A stretch of 61,262 bases of DNA, filler included, from Candidatus Woesearchaeota archaeon (GTDB lineage: Archaea; Nanobdellota; Nanobdellia; Woesearchaeales; DATGWN01), in the NCBI GenBank assembly GCA_047603125.1. It is 6 parts of 6 records of this genome, joined end to end, with 100 filler letters (N's around TTAATTAATTAA, not from the genome) between each part and the next. Parts side by side here need not be neighbours in the genome. Positions count along the whole stretch, not along the records: positions 10,684 to 21,077 come from JBLKOU010000041.1; positions 21,178 to 31,556 come from JBLKOU010000042.1; 4 more parts are not named here. One strand, given 5' to 3'. Below the pieces are notes generated by a model that was not told the origin of the DNA, searched no databases, and was given only the letters and a program-made list of their open reading frames with translations. Positions 17,261 through 27,929 of this stretch are shown piece by piece. Each line of letters starts with the position of its first letter. Position 1 is the stretch's first letter. A program made the translations under genes and the position numbers.

Positions 17261-18871
17261 CTACCTTCGCTTACCACTATAAACTTTTAATTGTCCTATA
17301 TCTTCTGAAACCCATTCTCTACAACTCACTGGTAGATGAATTAAAGCAGTATATGGTCTGTCAATTAACTCTTTTATTGCCCAAGACATCCCATTATATC
17401 CTGGACTACAATCTGGAGAATCGATTTGGCGAACATCACCACAAATGACTGTTTTTGTTCCAAAAGCTGGACGTGTTAATAGAGCATGCATCACATATGG
17501 TGGATAATTTTGAGCTTCATCTATCAAATAATAACTTTGCCCAATCGAATCTCCACGCATAATTCCCGCATACGTTAAATCAAAGAGCTGATGCCTTTCA
17601 GGTAATTTTACCGAACCCCCAACACCTGTATTAATTTCTTTAATTTGCCGTCTCCTTGGCAAAGATTTCATTTGGCGGAGAGGATGATAAAACCCTTGCT
17701 CAAAACCAAAATGTGAGTCAAAAATCGTTTCCCCGTGTGCTTTTAAGAAAGGTTTTAAATGTGGCTCTAATTTATCGAGTAAATCTCCGGGTAGAGCACC
17801 TAAATCATATCCACCTAATGTTTGTGTGCTTTTCAACAATACGAGCTGTCTGTATAAACTCTCAGCATTTTCTAAAATTGGACTTGAACCAAGTCGACTC
17901 TCAGCCGTTTTAGGATCATGAATGAGTGTCTGATCTAAACCTGCCACATACGAAAGAAGTGTTTTTCCAGAACCTGCGACTCCTGAAAGAATGACAACAC
18001 GAACATCCGGGTCTAAAAGAGCATACTGCATAGCTAAATATTGTTCTGCATATCGACACTCAATTCCAAAAATTTCTCTGCGAACATGATTACCTACACG
18101 AAGCTTTCGTTGATTTAATTCTTGTTGTGGTATCATTTGAACGCGCAGATTATCCAATTTGAATTTTTCATTAACAGGCGTTTTATCACCGTGAACACGA
18201 GCAAAAGAAACATTTTTTCCCGAACCAAATCGTATAAATTGATTTGAAAATAGTTGAGTTCCATTAAGCATATCACTTGCTTGATTAGCAGGTATGGAAA
18301 AGTGTGGATTAGTACTATTTTCCATCAGCAGTTGGTACATAGCATCATCACCATCAATAATACCCAATAAATAATTATCAGGATCTGCACGCAAAAAGCC
18401 TGGCTCTTGAACAGGTAATCCATGCATTTTTGCAAGTGTACTAGAAAAAGAATCTCTTGTCATAATTGCTTCTAAATTTTTACGAATAGATTGCAATTTT
18501 CCACTTGAAAAACCTGTAAAAAACTGTTCTAATGGAAACTGAAACCTCCGCGATTGAAAATTTAGAGGTAATTCATCATCAATAAGTATAACATCTAAAC
18601 CCGGGTTTGCAGTCATAAACCATGCAGAATCTTTTTGACTAGCTTCATTCATAAGAGCAGAAACAGTTTCAGTTGAATCATGAAAACCATCGCCACCACC
18701 TTCTTCTTTTAAGTGATACATAGCTGTAAAAAATGATTTTGGAAGAATAAGCCCATTTTTTTCTTCTGAAGACTTATTTGCTAATTCATGAAATACATTC
18801 AAACCACCAAAACGGTAAACATCAAGTAATGGGACGTATAGTTTTTCATAGTTATTAATAGCATCTCTCAT
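17261..18871 (-). CDS. PhoH-family ATPase with N-terminal extension (possible degenerate PIN domain)
   Basis: GVAGSGKT, LGALPGDL, RG, IDEAQN, GDVRQID. Confidence 0.85.
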   Translation of the reverse strand: MRDAINNYEKLYVPLLDVYRFGGLNVFHELANKSSEEKNGLILPKSFFTAMYHLKEEGGGDGFHDSTETVSALMNEASQKDSAWFMTANPGLDVILIDDELPLNFQSRRFQFPLEQFFTGFSSGKLQSIRKNLEAIMTRDSFSSTLAKMHGLPVQEPGFLRADPDNYLLGIIDGDDAMYQLLMENSTNPHFSIPANQASDMLNGTQLFSNQFIRFGSGKNVSFARVHGDKTPVNEKFKLDNLRVQMIPQQELNQRKLRVGNHVRREIFGIECRYAEQYLAMQYALLDPDVRVVILSGVAGSGKTLLSYVAGLDQTLIHDPKTAESRLGSSPILENAESLYRQLVLLKSTQTLGGYDLGALPGDLLDKLEPHLKPFLKAHGETIFDSHFGFEQGFYHPLRQMKSLPRRRQIKEINTGVGGSVKLPERHQLFDLTYAGIMRGDSIGQSYYLIDEAQNYPPYVMHALLTRPAFGTKTVICGDVRQIDSPDCSPGYNGMSWAIKELIDRPYTALIHLPVSCREWVSEDIGQLKVYSGKRR

Positions 18872-18886
18872 ACTTTACACTCCAAT

Positions 18887-19345
18887 TCATCTTACTTTAA
18901 ACGCATATTCAATTGCTTGATAATCAGCTAAACGACGACCAGATACACGAGCAATTTCTCCGTTTTCTCGTACTCTACGTTCTAAAGAAATTCCAGCTTT
19001 TCGCACAAAACTCTTTGGCGTTTGACCAGGAACAAATAACCTCGATTGAATTCTTGGAAGTAATCTCCAAATTTTAGTATCTTGAGAAAAATCAGCCACA
19101 TCTTTTAAAACTTGCGAAACAACTTCACTTGTAAAACTATTCGCATCATAAGAACGAAATGCCTCATATACACCATCTAATTCATTTGGCTTTACATCCT
19201 GCAAACTTCCTTTTTTTGACGTTGCATTCAATAATCCCTTTAGAACCAAATATCCAGTTACTAAACCTCTTTCAACTTCATCCGTGTGATACAAACTTAA
19301 ATCATCAGAAACATACCTGAGCAATTGTTCATTAACCTGCGCCAT
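18887..19345 (-). CDS. Hypothetical protein upstream of the PhoH-like gene
   Basis: 152-aa ORF; 15 bp to the next start; TATA-like tttataaa upstream. Confidence 0.65.
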   Translation of the reverse strand: MAQVNEQLLRYVSDDLSLYHTDEVERGLVTGYLVLKGLLNATSKKGSLQDVKPNELDGVYEAFRSYDANSFTSEVVSQVLKDVADFSQDTKIWRLLPRIQSRLFVPGQTPKSFVRKAGISLERRVRENGEIARVSGRRLADYQAIEYAFKVR

Positions 19346-19469
19346 GTTATCATTTGGAAATAGTATAATCTTTATAAACATTTTCTTTTGTAAACTCTAT
19401 GCAGTAATACCCGCAGTTCAGAAATTACCACAAGAAACTTTAAAAACCCCTCCGCTTTTTCTTTTCTTC

Positions 19470-20654
19470 ATGCTCGTCGGACTCGTTGGAAAACCAAATG
19501 TAGGAAAAAGCACCTTTTTTCGTGCTGCAACACTTGCACAAGTAGCTACAGGAAATTATCCCTTTGTGACTATTAAGCCAAATCATGGAACAGCATATGT
19601 CAAAACAGATTGTGCCAGCACTTTTTTTAACGTAACACCAACGCCAAGAGAAGGATATGTTATTGATGGGAAACGATTCGTCCCAATTGAGCTTATGGAT
19701 GTTGCTGGTCTTGTTCCTGGCGCACATAGTGGTCAAGGTATGGGAAATGCATTTTTAGATGATCTACGTCAAGCAGATGTTTTAATTCACATTATTGACA
19801 TCTCAGGCTCAACAAATGAAAAGGGCGAACCAGTCCCTGTTGGAAGTTACGACCCAGCAAATGACATTCGATTTTTAGAAACAGAACTGGATATGTGGTA
19901 TTTAGGAATTATTCAAAAAGGATGGGATAAATTTGCTCGAACAGTACAACAAACAAAGGGCGATATTGCAAAAGCAATCGCAAAGCAACTAAGCGGACTC
20001 AAAGTGACAGAAGAAGATGTGGAGCAAGCCATAAGCACATTTTCAAAACAAGATCCTACAGCCTGGGAGCAAAGTGATTTACAAATTCTTGCAAAAAAAC
20101 TTCGAGAAAAAACAAAACCCATTATTATTGGAGCAAATAGAATTGATATTGCCATTGCAAAAGAAAATTTAGAAAAAATTCAAAAAGAATTTCCTCACTA
20201 CACCATTTTTGGTTGCTCTGCTGAGTCAGAAGTCGCTCTTCGTGAAGCATCCCGTCAACAACTCATTGAATACACACCCGGAGAGAGTACATTTACAATA
20301 AAAACACAAGTGACTGAAAAGCAAAAACACGCTCTTAATTTTATTGAAAAGTTACTCAGTGACTGGAAAACAACAGGCGTTCAACAAATCCTTGATAAAG
20401 CCGTCTTTGATGTTCTTGATTATATGCCAATTTTTCCAGGCGGTGCAAAAAAACTCGAAGATAGCCAAGGACGAGTATTACCAGACTGCTTTTTACTCAA
20501 GCGCGGTTCAACAGCTCTTGATTTTGCATACAAAATTCATACGGATTTAGGAAAACGGTTTATTCGCGCAATTGATGTGAAAAAAAAGCTCACTATTGGA
20601 AAAGATCATATTCTTCAAGATGGCGATGTCATTGAAATAATTAGTGATGCTTAG
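19470..20654 (+). CDS. ychF: YchF/Obg-family translation-associated GTPase/ATPase with TGS domain
   Basis: GKPNVGKSTFF, YPFVTIKPN, DVAGLVPGA, C-terminal TGS (IHTDL). Confidence 0.93.
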   Translation: MLVGLVGKPNVGKSTFFRAATLAQVATGNYPFVTIKPNHGTAYVKTDCASTFFNVTPTPREGYVIDGKRFVPIELMDVAGLVPGAHSGQGMGNAFLDDLRQADVLIHIIDISGSTNEKGEPVPVGSYDPANDIRFLETELDMWYLGIIQKGWDKFARTVQQTKGDIAKAIAKQLSGLKVTEEDVEQAISTFSKQDPTAWEQSDLQILAKKLREKTKPIIIGANRIDIAIAKENLEKIQKEFPHYTIFGCSAESEVALREASRQQLIEYTPGESTFTIKTQVTEKQKHALNFIEKLLSDWKTTGVQQILDKAVFDVLDYMPIFPGGAKKLEDSQGRVLPDCFLLKRGSTALDFAYKIHTDLGKRFIRAIDVKKKLTIGKDHILQDGDVIEIISDA

Positions 20655-20657
20655 AAA

Positions 20658-21077
20658 TTAACAATCAGGAATTGATTCTACCGCAATTTGTTTATCATGG
20701 CAAAATACATCGCCACCAATGATAGGAATAACAGTCATAATATCAACAGAACCAACATTTTGTGTAGGAACTCGTTGCACATGTTGTGTTAACTGCTTAA
20801 CTGGTTCTTGAAAATCCTGCGTAAAAGACGCATCCCCCACTAAACTCACACGAAAACCAGCAATATCATATCCTTTATTACTGAGTGTCATTTGCACTTG
20901 TTCAGATGTTTGACAAACGCGTGGTCCATCGGCCGTTTCTAAAAACTCAATTTTTACGTCTTGACATGCACTTGAAGCCAAATTTACTCCCAAATTCATA
21001 ATAACCGCGCCAAGGGAAACGGCAAATGCAATAAGTAAAACTGTAGCTACCAATGGTGAGACTGCGCGCTTATTCAT
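20658..21077 (-). CDS. Archaeal type IV pilin (class III signal peptide)
   Basis: MNKRA|VSPLVATVLLIAFAV. Confidence 0.88.
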   Translation of the reverse strand: MNKRAVSPLVATVLLIAFAVSLGAVIMNLGVNLASSACQDVKIEFLETADGPRVCQTSEQVQMTLSNKGYDIAGFRVSLVGDASFTQDFQEPVKQLTQHVQRVPTQNVGSVDIMTVIPIIGGDVFCHDKQIAVESIPDC

Positions 21078-21177
21078 NNNNNNNNNNNNNNNNNNNNNNN
21101 NNNNNNNNNNNNNNNNNNNNNTTAATTAATTAANNNNNNNNNNNNNNNNNNNNNNNNNNNNNNNNNNNNNNNNNNNN
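21078..21177. other. Artificial contig linker
   Basis: N-run, TTAATTAATTAA, N-run. Confidence 0.99.
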
Positions 21178-23040
21178 ATGAATGCAGATCAACTCATTGA
21201 GAACTTTTTAGCATTTTTTGAATCCAAAAATCATAGCATTATCCCAAGCGCATCAGTTATCCCCGATAATGATCCAACAGTCTTATTTACTACGGCCGGT
21301 ATGCAACCCCTCATTCCTTTTTTAACAGGACGCCAACATCCACTCGGGCAACGTCTTGCAAATGTGCAACGCTGTATACGAACAAATGATATTGACCAAG
21401 TTGGGGATGCAACGCACCTAACCTTTTTTGAGATGCTTGGAAACTGGTCTCTTGGAGATTACTTTAAAGAAGAGGCAATTTCTTGGAGTTTTGAATTTCT
21501 CACGCAAAAACTCAATATTCCTCTTACACATCTTGCAGTTACTTGCTTTGCTGGCGATGCTCACGCACCAAAAGATGAGCAGGCTGCACAAATTTGGAAG
21601 AAACTTGGCGTTAGTGAAAAACGAATCGCATTTTTACCAAAAGAAGATAATTGGTGGGGACCTGCAGGACAGACAGGACCTTGTGGACCAGATACGGAAA
21701 TGTTTTATTGGAAAGCAAAAACACCACCACCTGAGACATTTGACCCCGAGAATGAGAATTGGGTGGAAATTTGGAACGATGTATTCATGCAATATAACAA
21801 GCAAACAGATGGAACATACAGTCCACTTTCGCAAAAAAATGTTGACACGGGAATGGGTGTTGAGCGAGTAAGCATGCTTTTACAACAAAAAACAAATGTG
21901 TATCAAACTGAACTATTCACACCAATATTAGAAAAAATAGCGCAAATTTCACAAAAAACATATGACAGTAATCAACAATCATTTCGTATTATTGCAGATC
22001 ATATCAAAGCTGCAACAATGATGCTTGGGGACGAAAAATCAATCACCCCGTCCAATGTCGATCAAGGCTATGTCCTTCGAAAACTTATTCGACGAGCCAT
22101 TCGTCACGGTCATAAATTAGACATGCAACAATTCTGTGCGCCACTTGCCCAAATTGTTATCGACATGTATAAGGACAGATACCCTGTACTCTTACAAAAC
22201 AAACAGCACATACTTGATCAAATACAACGTGAGGAAGAAAAATTTTTACATACAATTGAAAAAGGTCTCAGGCTCATTACAAAAAAACTTGTCGGGCTTG
22301 CCATCAAACAAAAAGGAATAGACTATATCAAACAAGAGCAATTACTTGGAAAAGAAGAGCAGATTTGCAAAAAACTCAGCGTTTGGAATATTGACACCAT
22401 TGACTTTCCACCATCATGGTATTTTGACTTATACCAAAGCCATGGTTTACCACTTGAGCTCACAATTGAAGAAATAGAGTCTTTTGGACTTGTTATTGAG
22501 AAAAAAGAAGCACTCATTCAAGATGTTTCCAACTTGTTTAAAGAACATCAAGAAAAATCACGACTTGGCGCACAACAAAAATTCAAAGGTGGGCTTGCTG
22601 ATGATAGTGAACAAACAACAAAATTGCATACTGCAACACATCTGCTCAATGAAGCACTCCGTCGTGTTATTGACCCAGCCATCACACAAAAAGGATCAAA
22701 TATAACAGCAAAACGACTTCGTTTTGACTTTAACTATGACAAAAAACTCACTCCTGAACAACTACAAGCAGTTGAAGATGAGGTTAATTCGCTCATAAAA
22801 CAAGCACTTCCAATAACTCAAACAGAAATGACACCCGAAAAAGCAAAAGAACAAGGAGCACAGGCAGAGTTTGGTGCACGCTATCCTCCCAAAGTTTCCG
22901 TATATGATATTGGCGAGTATTCAAAAGAAATTTGCATGGGGCCGCATGTACAAAACACCAAAGATATTGGAACATTTAAAATCATTAAAGAAGAATCCAG
23001 TGCAGCAGGAATACGAAGAATTAAAGCAATTGTTGAGTAA
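21178..23040 (+). CDS. alaS: Alanine-tRNA ligase, short form without C-Ala domain
   Basis: LFTTAGMQP, FFEMLGNWS, DTGMGVER; editing HTATH...CMGPH; ends GIRRIKA. Confidence 0.96.
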   Translation: MNADQLIENFLAFFESKNHSIIPSASVIPDNDPTVLFTTAGMQPLIPFLTGRQHPLGQRLANVQRCIRTNDIDQVGDATHLTFFEMLGNWSLGDYFKEEAISWSFEFLTQKLNIPLTHLAVTCFAGDAHAPKDEQAAQIWKKLGVSEKRIAFLPKEDNWWGPAGQTGPCGPDTEMFYWKAKTPPPETFDPENENWVEIWNDVFMQYNKQTDGTYSPLSQKNVDTGMGVERVSMLLQQKTNVYQTELFTPILEKIAQISQKTYDSNQQSFRIIADHIKAATMMLGDEKSITPSNVDQGYVLRKLIRRAIRHGHKLDMQQFCAPLAQIVIDMYKDRYPVLLQNKQHILDQIQREEEKFLHTIEKGLRLITKKLVGLAIKQKGIDYIKQEQLLGKEEQICKKLSVWNIDTIDFPPSWYFDLYQSHGLPLELTIEEIESFGLVIEKKEALIQDVSNLFKEHQEKSRLGAQQKFKGGLADDSEQTTKLHTATHLLNEALRRVIDPAITQKGSNITAKRLRFDFNYDKKLTPEQLQAVEDEVNSLIKQALPITQTEMTPEKAKEQGAQAEFGARYPPKVSVYDIGEYSKEICMGPHVQNTKDIGTFKIIKEESSAAGIRRIKAIVE

Positions 23041-23041
23041 G

Positions 23042-23440
23042 TTATTCTTGTAGAACAAATTCTTTGTAATGCGCAATCTCTTTTGCAATTGCTGCCGGAA
23101 GTGATTTTGAGTCTATATTCATCCATTTATACGCCTGAATTTCTTCATTTGTCCGTATTTCAAATGTCGTCGGATGACAGACATAGGTTAATATAATAAC
23201 ATGTGCACCATCCTTACCCCGAAAAGAACGTGCCATATTTACTTGCTTTACAGTCACATCTAAATTTGTCTCTTCTTTTACCTCTCGACAAATTGCATCT
23301 TCAAAAGATTCTCCAAACTCAACATGTCCGCCCGGTGTCGTCCAGCGATTGGCTCCAAATTCCTTATCTGCGGCTCTTTGAATGCATAAAACTTGATTTT
23401 TATCAAGTATCAGGGCTTTGACAACGAGAACTGTTTTCAT
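23042..23440 (-). CDS. NUDIX hydrolase
   Basis: PGGHVEFGESFEDAICREVKEETNL Nudix box. Confidence 0.92.
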   Translation of the reverse strand: MKTVLVVKALILDKNQVLCIQRAADKEFGANRWTTPGGHVEFGESFEDAICREVKEETNLDVTVKQVNMARSFRGKDGAHVIILTYVCHPTTFEIRTNEEIQAYKWMNIDSKSLPAAIAKEIAHYKEFVLQE

Positions 23441-23541
23441 CACAGCTATAAGCACCCTATCCTATATAAAGACTCTGAATTTTTACTAGTGTCACTGTAA
23501 AGGAACAAAAGATTTATAAACGAGTTATCCATTGCCACTTT

Positions 23542-24021
23542 ATGGTGATAAAATTAGTACTCCCCACAATTTTGAGCATTCTTTTTCTTATCACTATTCT
23601 CTCACTCTCACAACCCATCTTATCTGCACAGCCTTTTGCCTCTGAGCCGCCAGTAAACCAGCCTTCACCTCAAAATCATATCGCACAAAATCAAATTTCT
23701 GTCTATAATGATCGCTTTATTATTGAGACAAGTGATGAGATTTTCTGGACTAAAATAACCGATACAAAGTCCATGGATCCCACATTTGACAGTACTGCTC
23801 ATGTGGTGCTCAAAAAAGTCAGCAATCCCGCACAAGTTCAAGTAGGAGACATTATTACCTTCACCACGCCCAAAGGCCTCATTATTCACAGAATTATCGC
23901 TATAGGATATGACCAAGATGGCTGGTTTGCAACAACACAGGGTGATAATCTGGCACATCCCGATCCATACCCCGTGCGAAGCGACCAAATCACCGGTGTT
24001 GTCATTGCAATTCTCTATTGA
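23542..24021 (+). CDS. Signal peptidase I (S26, SEC11/SipW-like)
   Basis: KSMDP, GDII, IIHRI, TQGDN. Confidence 0.85.
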   Translation: MVIKLVLPTILSILFLITILSLSQPILSAQPFASEPPVNQPSPQNHIAQNQISVYNDRFIIETSDEIFWTKITDTKSMDPTFDSTAHVVLKKVSNPAQVQVGDIITFTTPKGLIIHRIIAIGYDQDGWFATTQGDNLAHPDPYPVRSDQITGVVIAILY

Positions 24022-24104
24022 ATCGTCACCACTTGCAAATTTAAAAAAGTTTATTTATAAATAAATCCGATAGATATATAAATCTGCGTATACTAAAGGG
24101 TACT

Positions 24105-24302
24105 ATGGGACAACAAGAAGTATATGATTTTTTGAAGGCCAATAAGAATACTTGGTACACTTCACGCGAGATTAGCGAGAAGCTCAATATCTCCATCGGC
24201 TCAGTTACTATGAGTCTCAAAAAACTGCGCAAATCAAAATTACTTGATTATGAAAACACTGGTAAGCGAAATATGTTTCGATATCGCTTTAAAGACTCGT
24301 AA
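24105..24302 (+). CDS. Small winged-helix DNA-binding protein
   Basis: TSREISEKLNISIGSVTMSLKKL. Confidence 0.8.
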   Translation: MGQQEVYDFLKANKNTWYTSREISEKLNISIGSVTMSLKKLRKSKLLDYENTGKRNMFRYRFKDS

Positions 24303-24335
24303 ATTCTTTAAATACCACCTTTTTTTCTTATTTTC

Positions 24336-25460
24336 ATGGAACAGCCAAAATCTGCTCGAAATCAACTGCAAGAAGAGATTAGCCAATTAGAAAAGCAAAT
24401 TTCGAAAACAAAGTACAATAAAAAAACACAGGGCGCAATCGGGCAAATGAAAGCAAAGCTGGCGCTATTGCGTCAAAAGCTTGAAACTCGAAATTCCTCA
24501 AAAACGGGAAAATCATCCGAAGGTTACGCTGTCAAAAAAACAGGTGATGGTACCGTTGTTTTGCTCGGTTTTCCCTCCGCAGGGAAATCCACATTACTCA
24601 ATGGTCTCACCAACGCACAATCGCAAGTGGGCGCATATGCCTTTACCACACTCACCGTTGTTCCGGGGTTACTTGAGCACAAACACGCAAAGATACAAAT
24701 TCTTGATGTTCCCGGTATTATTGAGGGTGCTGCCAGTGGTTCAGGACGAGGAAAGGAAGTTTTGCAAGTTATACGAACAGCTGACTTTATTATTATTGTT
24801 GTGGACGTCTTTAACCCATTTCAATTAGAAAAAATAAAAAAAGAAGTACGCGATTCAGGTGTGCGCTTAAACAAAAAAAAGCCATTTGTAAAAATTCGAA
24901 AAACGATCAAAGATGGGCTTCGTATTGGAACAACGGTTCCTCTCACAAAAACTGATATTGCGACACTTGAAGGAATTTGTAAGGCATTTCGAATCATTAA
25001 TGCAGAAATACTTATACGAAGCGATATTGATGCAGATGAATTTATTGACATGCTTGAAGCAAATAAAGTCTATGTGCCTGCAATTACGGTCTTAAACAAA
25101 GTAGATATAGCTGACAAAAAAACACTCGAATATGCACGTAAAATTGCTCAACCCGACCTTGAAATTTCTGCTCAAAAACGACTCCATCTTGATGAATTAA
25201 AAGAGCTTATTTTTCGTCAAATGAATTTTACTCGAATCTTTCTTAAAGAAGTCTCAAAACCTGCTGATTTCAAAGAACCTCTTATTATGCGAGAGGGACA
25301 GACTATCGAGGATGTCTGTAATAAGCTTCATAGAGATTTTGTCAAACGATTTACGTTTGCTCGTATTTGGGGACCAAGTGCTAAATTTGATGGTCAAAAA
25401 ATTCAAAAACTCTCACACGAGCTTAAAGATGAAGATATTCTTGAACTGCATTTGCGATAA
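24336..25460 (+). CDS. DRG-family GTP-binding protein
   Basis: GFPSAGKST, YAFTTL, DVPGIIEGA, NKVD, TGS domain. Confidence 0.94.
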   Translation: MEQPKSARNQLQEEISQLEKQISKTKYNKKTQGAIGQMKAKLALLRQKLETRNSSKTGKSSEGYAVKKTGDGTVVLLGFPSAGKSTLLNGLTNAQSQVGAYAFTTLTVVPGLLEHKHAKIQILDVPGIIEGAASGSGRGKEVLQVIRTADFIIIVVDVFNPFQLEKIKKEVRDSGVRLNKKKPFVKIRKTIKDGLRIGTTVPLTKTDIATLEGICKAFRIINAEILIRSDIDADEFIDMLEANKVYVPAITVLNKVDIADKKTLEYARKIAQPDLEISAQKRLHLDELKELIFRQMNFTRIFLKEVSKPADFKEPLIMREGQTIEDVCNKLHRDFVKRFTFARIWGPSAKFDGQKIQKLSHELKDEDILELHLR

Positions 25461-25465
25461 ACGCC

Positions 25466-26485
25466 TTAGTTACGTAAGAATTCAATGAGACGTTTACATA
25501 AATCCTTTGTTTCCATAAATATTTGGCGAACAGGATCGTTATGATTATTTGCTAAAATTTCAACCATGGAGTCATTGCCATCTTGATCGCGAACAAGTGT
25601 TGTTCTTCGAAGGGAAAAGAGTGCTTTTTCAGGTAATTCTAATAAGAGTAGTTTTTCATAAATACCTTCAAGTGCAGGCAAAGAACCTTCATGCGTGAGC
25701 GCGTTATAAAAGTCACGAGGTATATTTAATCTTGAGCGAATTTTCTCACTTCCCCCGTTTTTATCTTGAAACACATAACCAATAATTGCATTAAGGGATT
25801 TACATTTCTCCTCGACAGTGTGAAGGTGTTTAGGAACATCTTCAACAGTAACTTGCTCTTTTTGCACTAATTCTTGCTCAAGAGATTCAATTTGTCGTTT
25901 ATATTGTTCACTCTCATGCTTATACTGATCAATCATTTGTTGATATCGAGTTGAAATTTGTGCTTGAAGCTGTTCAAGCTTTTGCATTTGCTCTTCACTT
26001 TGTTGCTGATATTGCTGTGCGAGCTGTTGATAATGTGCTTTTTCTGCCTCGGACTGTGCAAACGCTTTTGCGTATTGCTGCTGTTGTTCGTATTGACGTT
26101 GGTCTTGTCCGGTATAATGTGCCTGAACAACCGGCTCACGCGTACAAATACCATAAATAAACCCGTAAATAAGATAAATTCCAATTAGATGAATTGCAAA
26201 CAAAATTGGCCCATCCATGAGCGATATCGTCGTATAGACACCTGATTGCCAGATAAGTAAAAATGTTAATGGAAAGATACTTGGAATGAGCCAATAAACG
26301 ACTGGATGAATTTGTGATTTGTTCACTATGGAAAACAAGAAGATAATTGCAAATAAGATGGGAAGTGTTCCTATAAACACCAAATCAAAGCGTGGTTCTC
26401 CCATACTAAATAAGACGAGCAAAACAACATAAAATATGATGCCCATAAAGGTTGCAAGTTTTCCTTTTAGCATGATATGACTCAT
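25466..26485 (-). CDS. Membrane protein (4 TM) with Q-rich coiled coil
   Basis: Hydrophobic N-terminus, then QQQQ/EQ heptads. Confidence 0.7.
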   Translation of the reverse strand: MSHIMLKGKLATFMGIIFYVVLLVLFSMGEPRFDLVFIGTLPILFAIIFLFSIVNKSQIHPVVYWLIPSIFPLTFLLIWQSGVYTTISLMDGPILFAIHLIGIYLIYGFIYGICTREPVVQAHYTGQDQRQYEQQQQYAKAFAQSEAEKAHYQQLAQQYQQQSEEQMQKLEQLQAQISTRYQQMIDQYKHESEQYKRQIESLEQELVQKEQVTVEDVPKHLHTVEEKCKSLNAIIGYVFQDKNGGSEKIRSRLNIPRDFYNALTHEGSLPALEGIYEKLLLLELPEKALFSLRRTTLVRDQDGNDSMVEILANNHNDPVRQIFMETKDLCKRLIEFLRN

Positions 26486-26563
26486 ATTTGTAGATTAGGG
26501 GTTATTCTATTTATAAATATAACCAAAATTCAGCCCTCGATTTGACATTTACTCATTTGCAGA

Positions 26564-27340
26564 TTATCTTTTGAGCAAACTCACCAGAAAAATACAAAAC
26601 AAACTCATCACAATCACCCCACTTGGAGGAAGATCAAGGTAGTAGGAAAGGATAATACCAAAGAGATTTGCAAAAATACTCAAACCCACCGCAAAAATTA
26701 CCGTTTGAAAAAACGATGAGGCAAAACGCAAGGCAATCAGTGTAGGCAGCACTATTAAAGCTGTCACAAGTAAAATACCAACCGCGCGAATTGCAATAAC
26801 AACCACAAGCGCACTCATTATTGTAAAGGCATACTCATGCCAATGACGATTTAGCGCCATATCTTGATGAAAGGTTTGTAAGAGTAAATATCGATACGAT
26901 GTCAATAAAAAAACAGATAATACAACGCTAATAAGAGCAATAACAATGACATCAAATTGTGAAAGTGTGGAGAGACTTCCAATAAAATAACTAAAAATAT
27001 CAACTCCAAAACCCCGCGTTGCACCGATTACTAGAATACCCAGCCCCACACCAAAAGACAGGACAAGTGCAATTGAAGCCTCACCATAAATATTTTTTTT
27101 CATTAATTCTTTTACAACCAACCCACCAATAACGGCAAAAATAAATGAGCTGATGATGGGAGAAATCCCAAATAAAAATCCAAATGCAATACCACCAAAT
27201 GCTAAATGTGCAAGACCGTCTCCAAGCAAAGAAAGTCTTCGCAAAACTAAAAACGGACCTATCAGACCACAGCACATACCAATAAGAATTGCACCAATAA
27301 TGGCTCGCTGCATAAATTCATAGGCAAATAACTCAAACAT
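26564..27340 (-). CDS. znuB: Zn/Mn ABC transporter permease
   Basis: LVLRRLSLLGDGLAH, VGILLVTAL. Confidence 0.92.
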   Translation of the reverse strand: MFELFAYEFMQRAIIGAILIGMCCGLIGPFLVLRRLSLLGDGLAHLAFGGIAFGFLFGISPIISSFIFAVIGGLVVKELMKKNIYGEASIALVLSFGVGLGILVIGATRGFGVDIFSYFIGSLSTLSQFDVIVIALISVVLSVFLLTSYRYLLLQTFHQDMALNRHWHEYAFTIMSALVVVIAIRAVGILLVTALIVLPTLIALRFASSFFQTVIFAVGLSIFANLFGIILSYYLDLPPSGVIVMSLFCIFLVSLLKR

Positions 27341-27929
27341 GGTGCACCAGACAATCTTTTTTTGGAATCTGACAATGATTTCCTAAGCAAAGCGCACGAT
27401 TTGCAAGCTTTGGAATGGTGTGCATTTCATGAGTAACAAGTAATATGGTTAATTTATGAGCGGTATTTAGGTGGGACAATAACGTGTAGAGCGCTTGTTG
27501 ATTCTTTACATCTAAGCCAATTGTTGGCTCATCAAGTATCAAAATGTCAGGATTTTTTTCTAAAGCAAGTGCAATAAGTGCACGCTGCTGCTCTCCACCT
27601 GACAATTTACTAAACTGTTTATCAAGTAATGACTCAACTCCTAAATGTGTGCACGTACCCCTCGTTGTCACACAACGCAGTAGTTCTCGAACTGTTCCTG
27701 GAAATAGCGGATCAATTGCTGCACGTTGCGGGACATAACTTACTGACCCTGTTACACGAATTGTTCCCTTTTTTGGTTTTAAAAACCCACTAATCAGTTT
27801 TACCAGAGATGTTTTTCCCGAGCCATTTGGTCCGACAATGCAAACAAAATCACCTTTTTTGATGGTGAAACTCACATCGTCTAAAAATGTTTTTTGATAC
27901 CCAAATTGAACATGCTTAAATTGAATCAT
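27333..27929 (-). CDS. znuC: Zn/Mn ABC transporter ATPase
   Basis: GPNGSGKT, YVPQR, LSGGEQQR, LDEPT. Confidence 0.92.
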   Translation of the reverse strand: MIQFKHVQFGYQKTFLDDVSFTIKKGDFVCIVGPNGSGKTSLVKLISGFLKPKKGTIRVTGSVSYVPQRAAIDPLFPGTVRELLRCVTTRGTCTHLGVESLLDKQFSKLSGGEQQRALIALALEKNPDILILDEPTIGLDVKNQQALYTLLSHLNTAHKLTILLVTHEMHTIPKLANRALCLGNHCQIPKKDCLVHHV

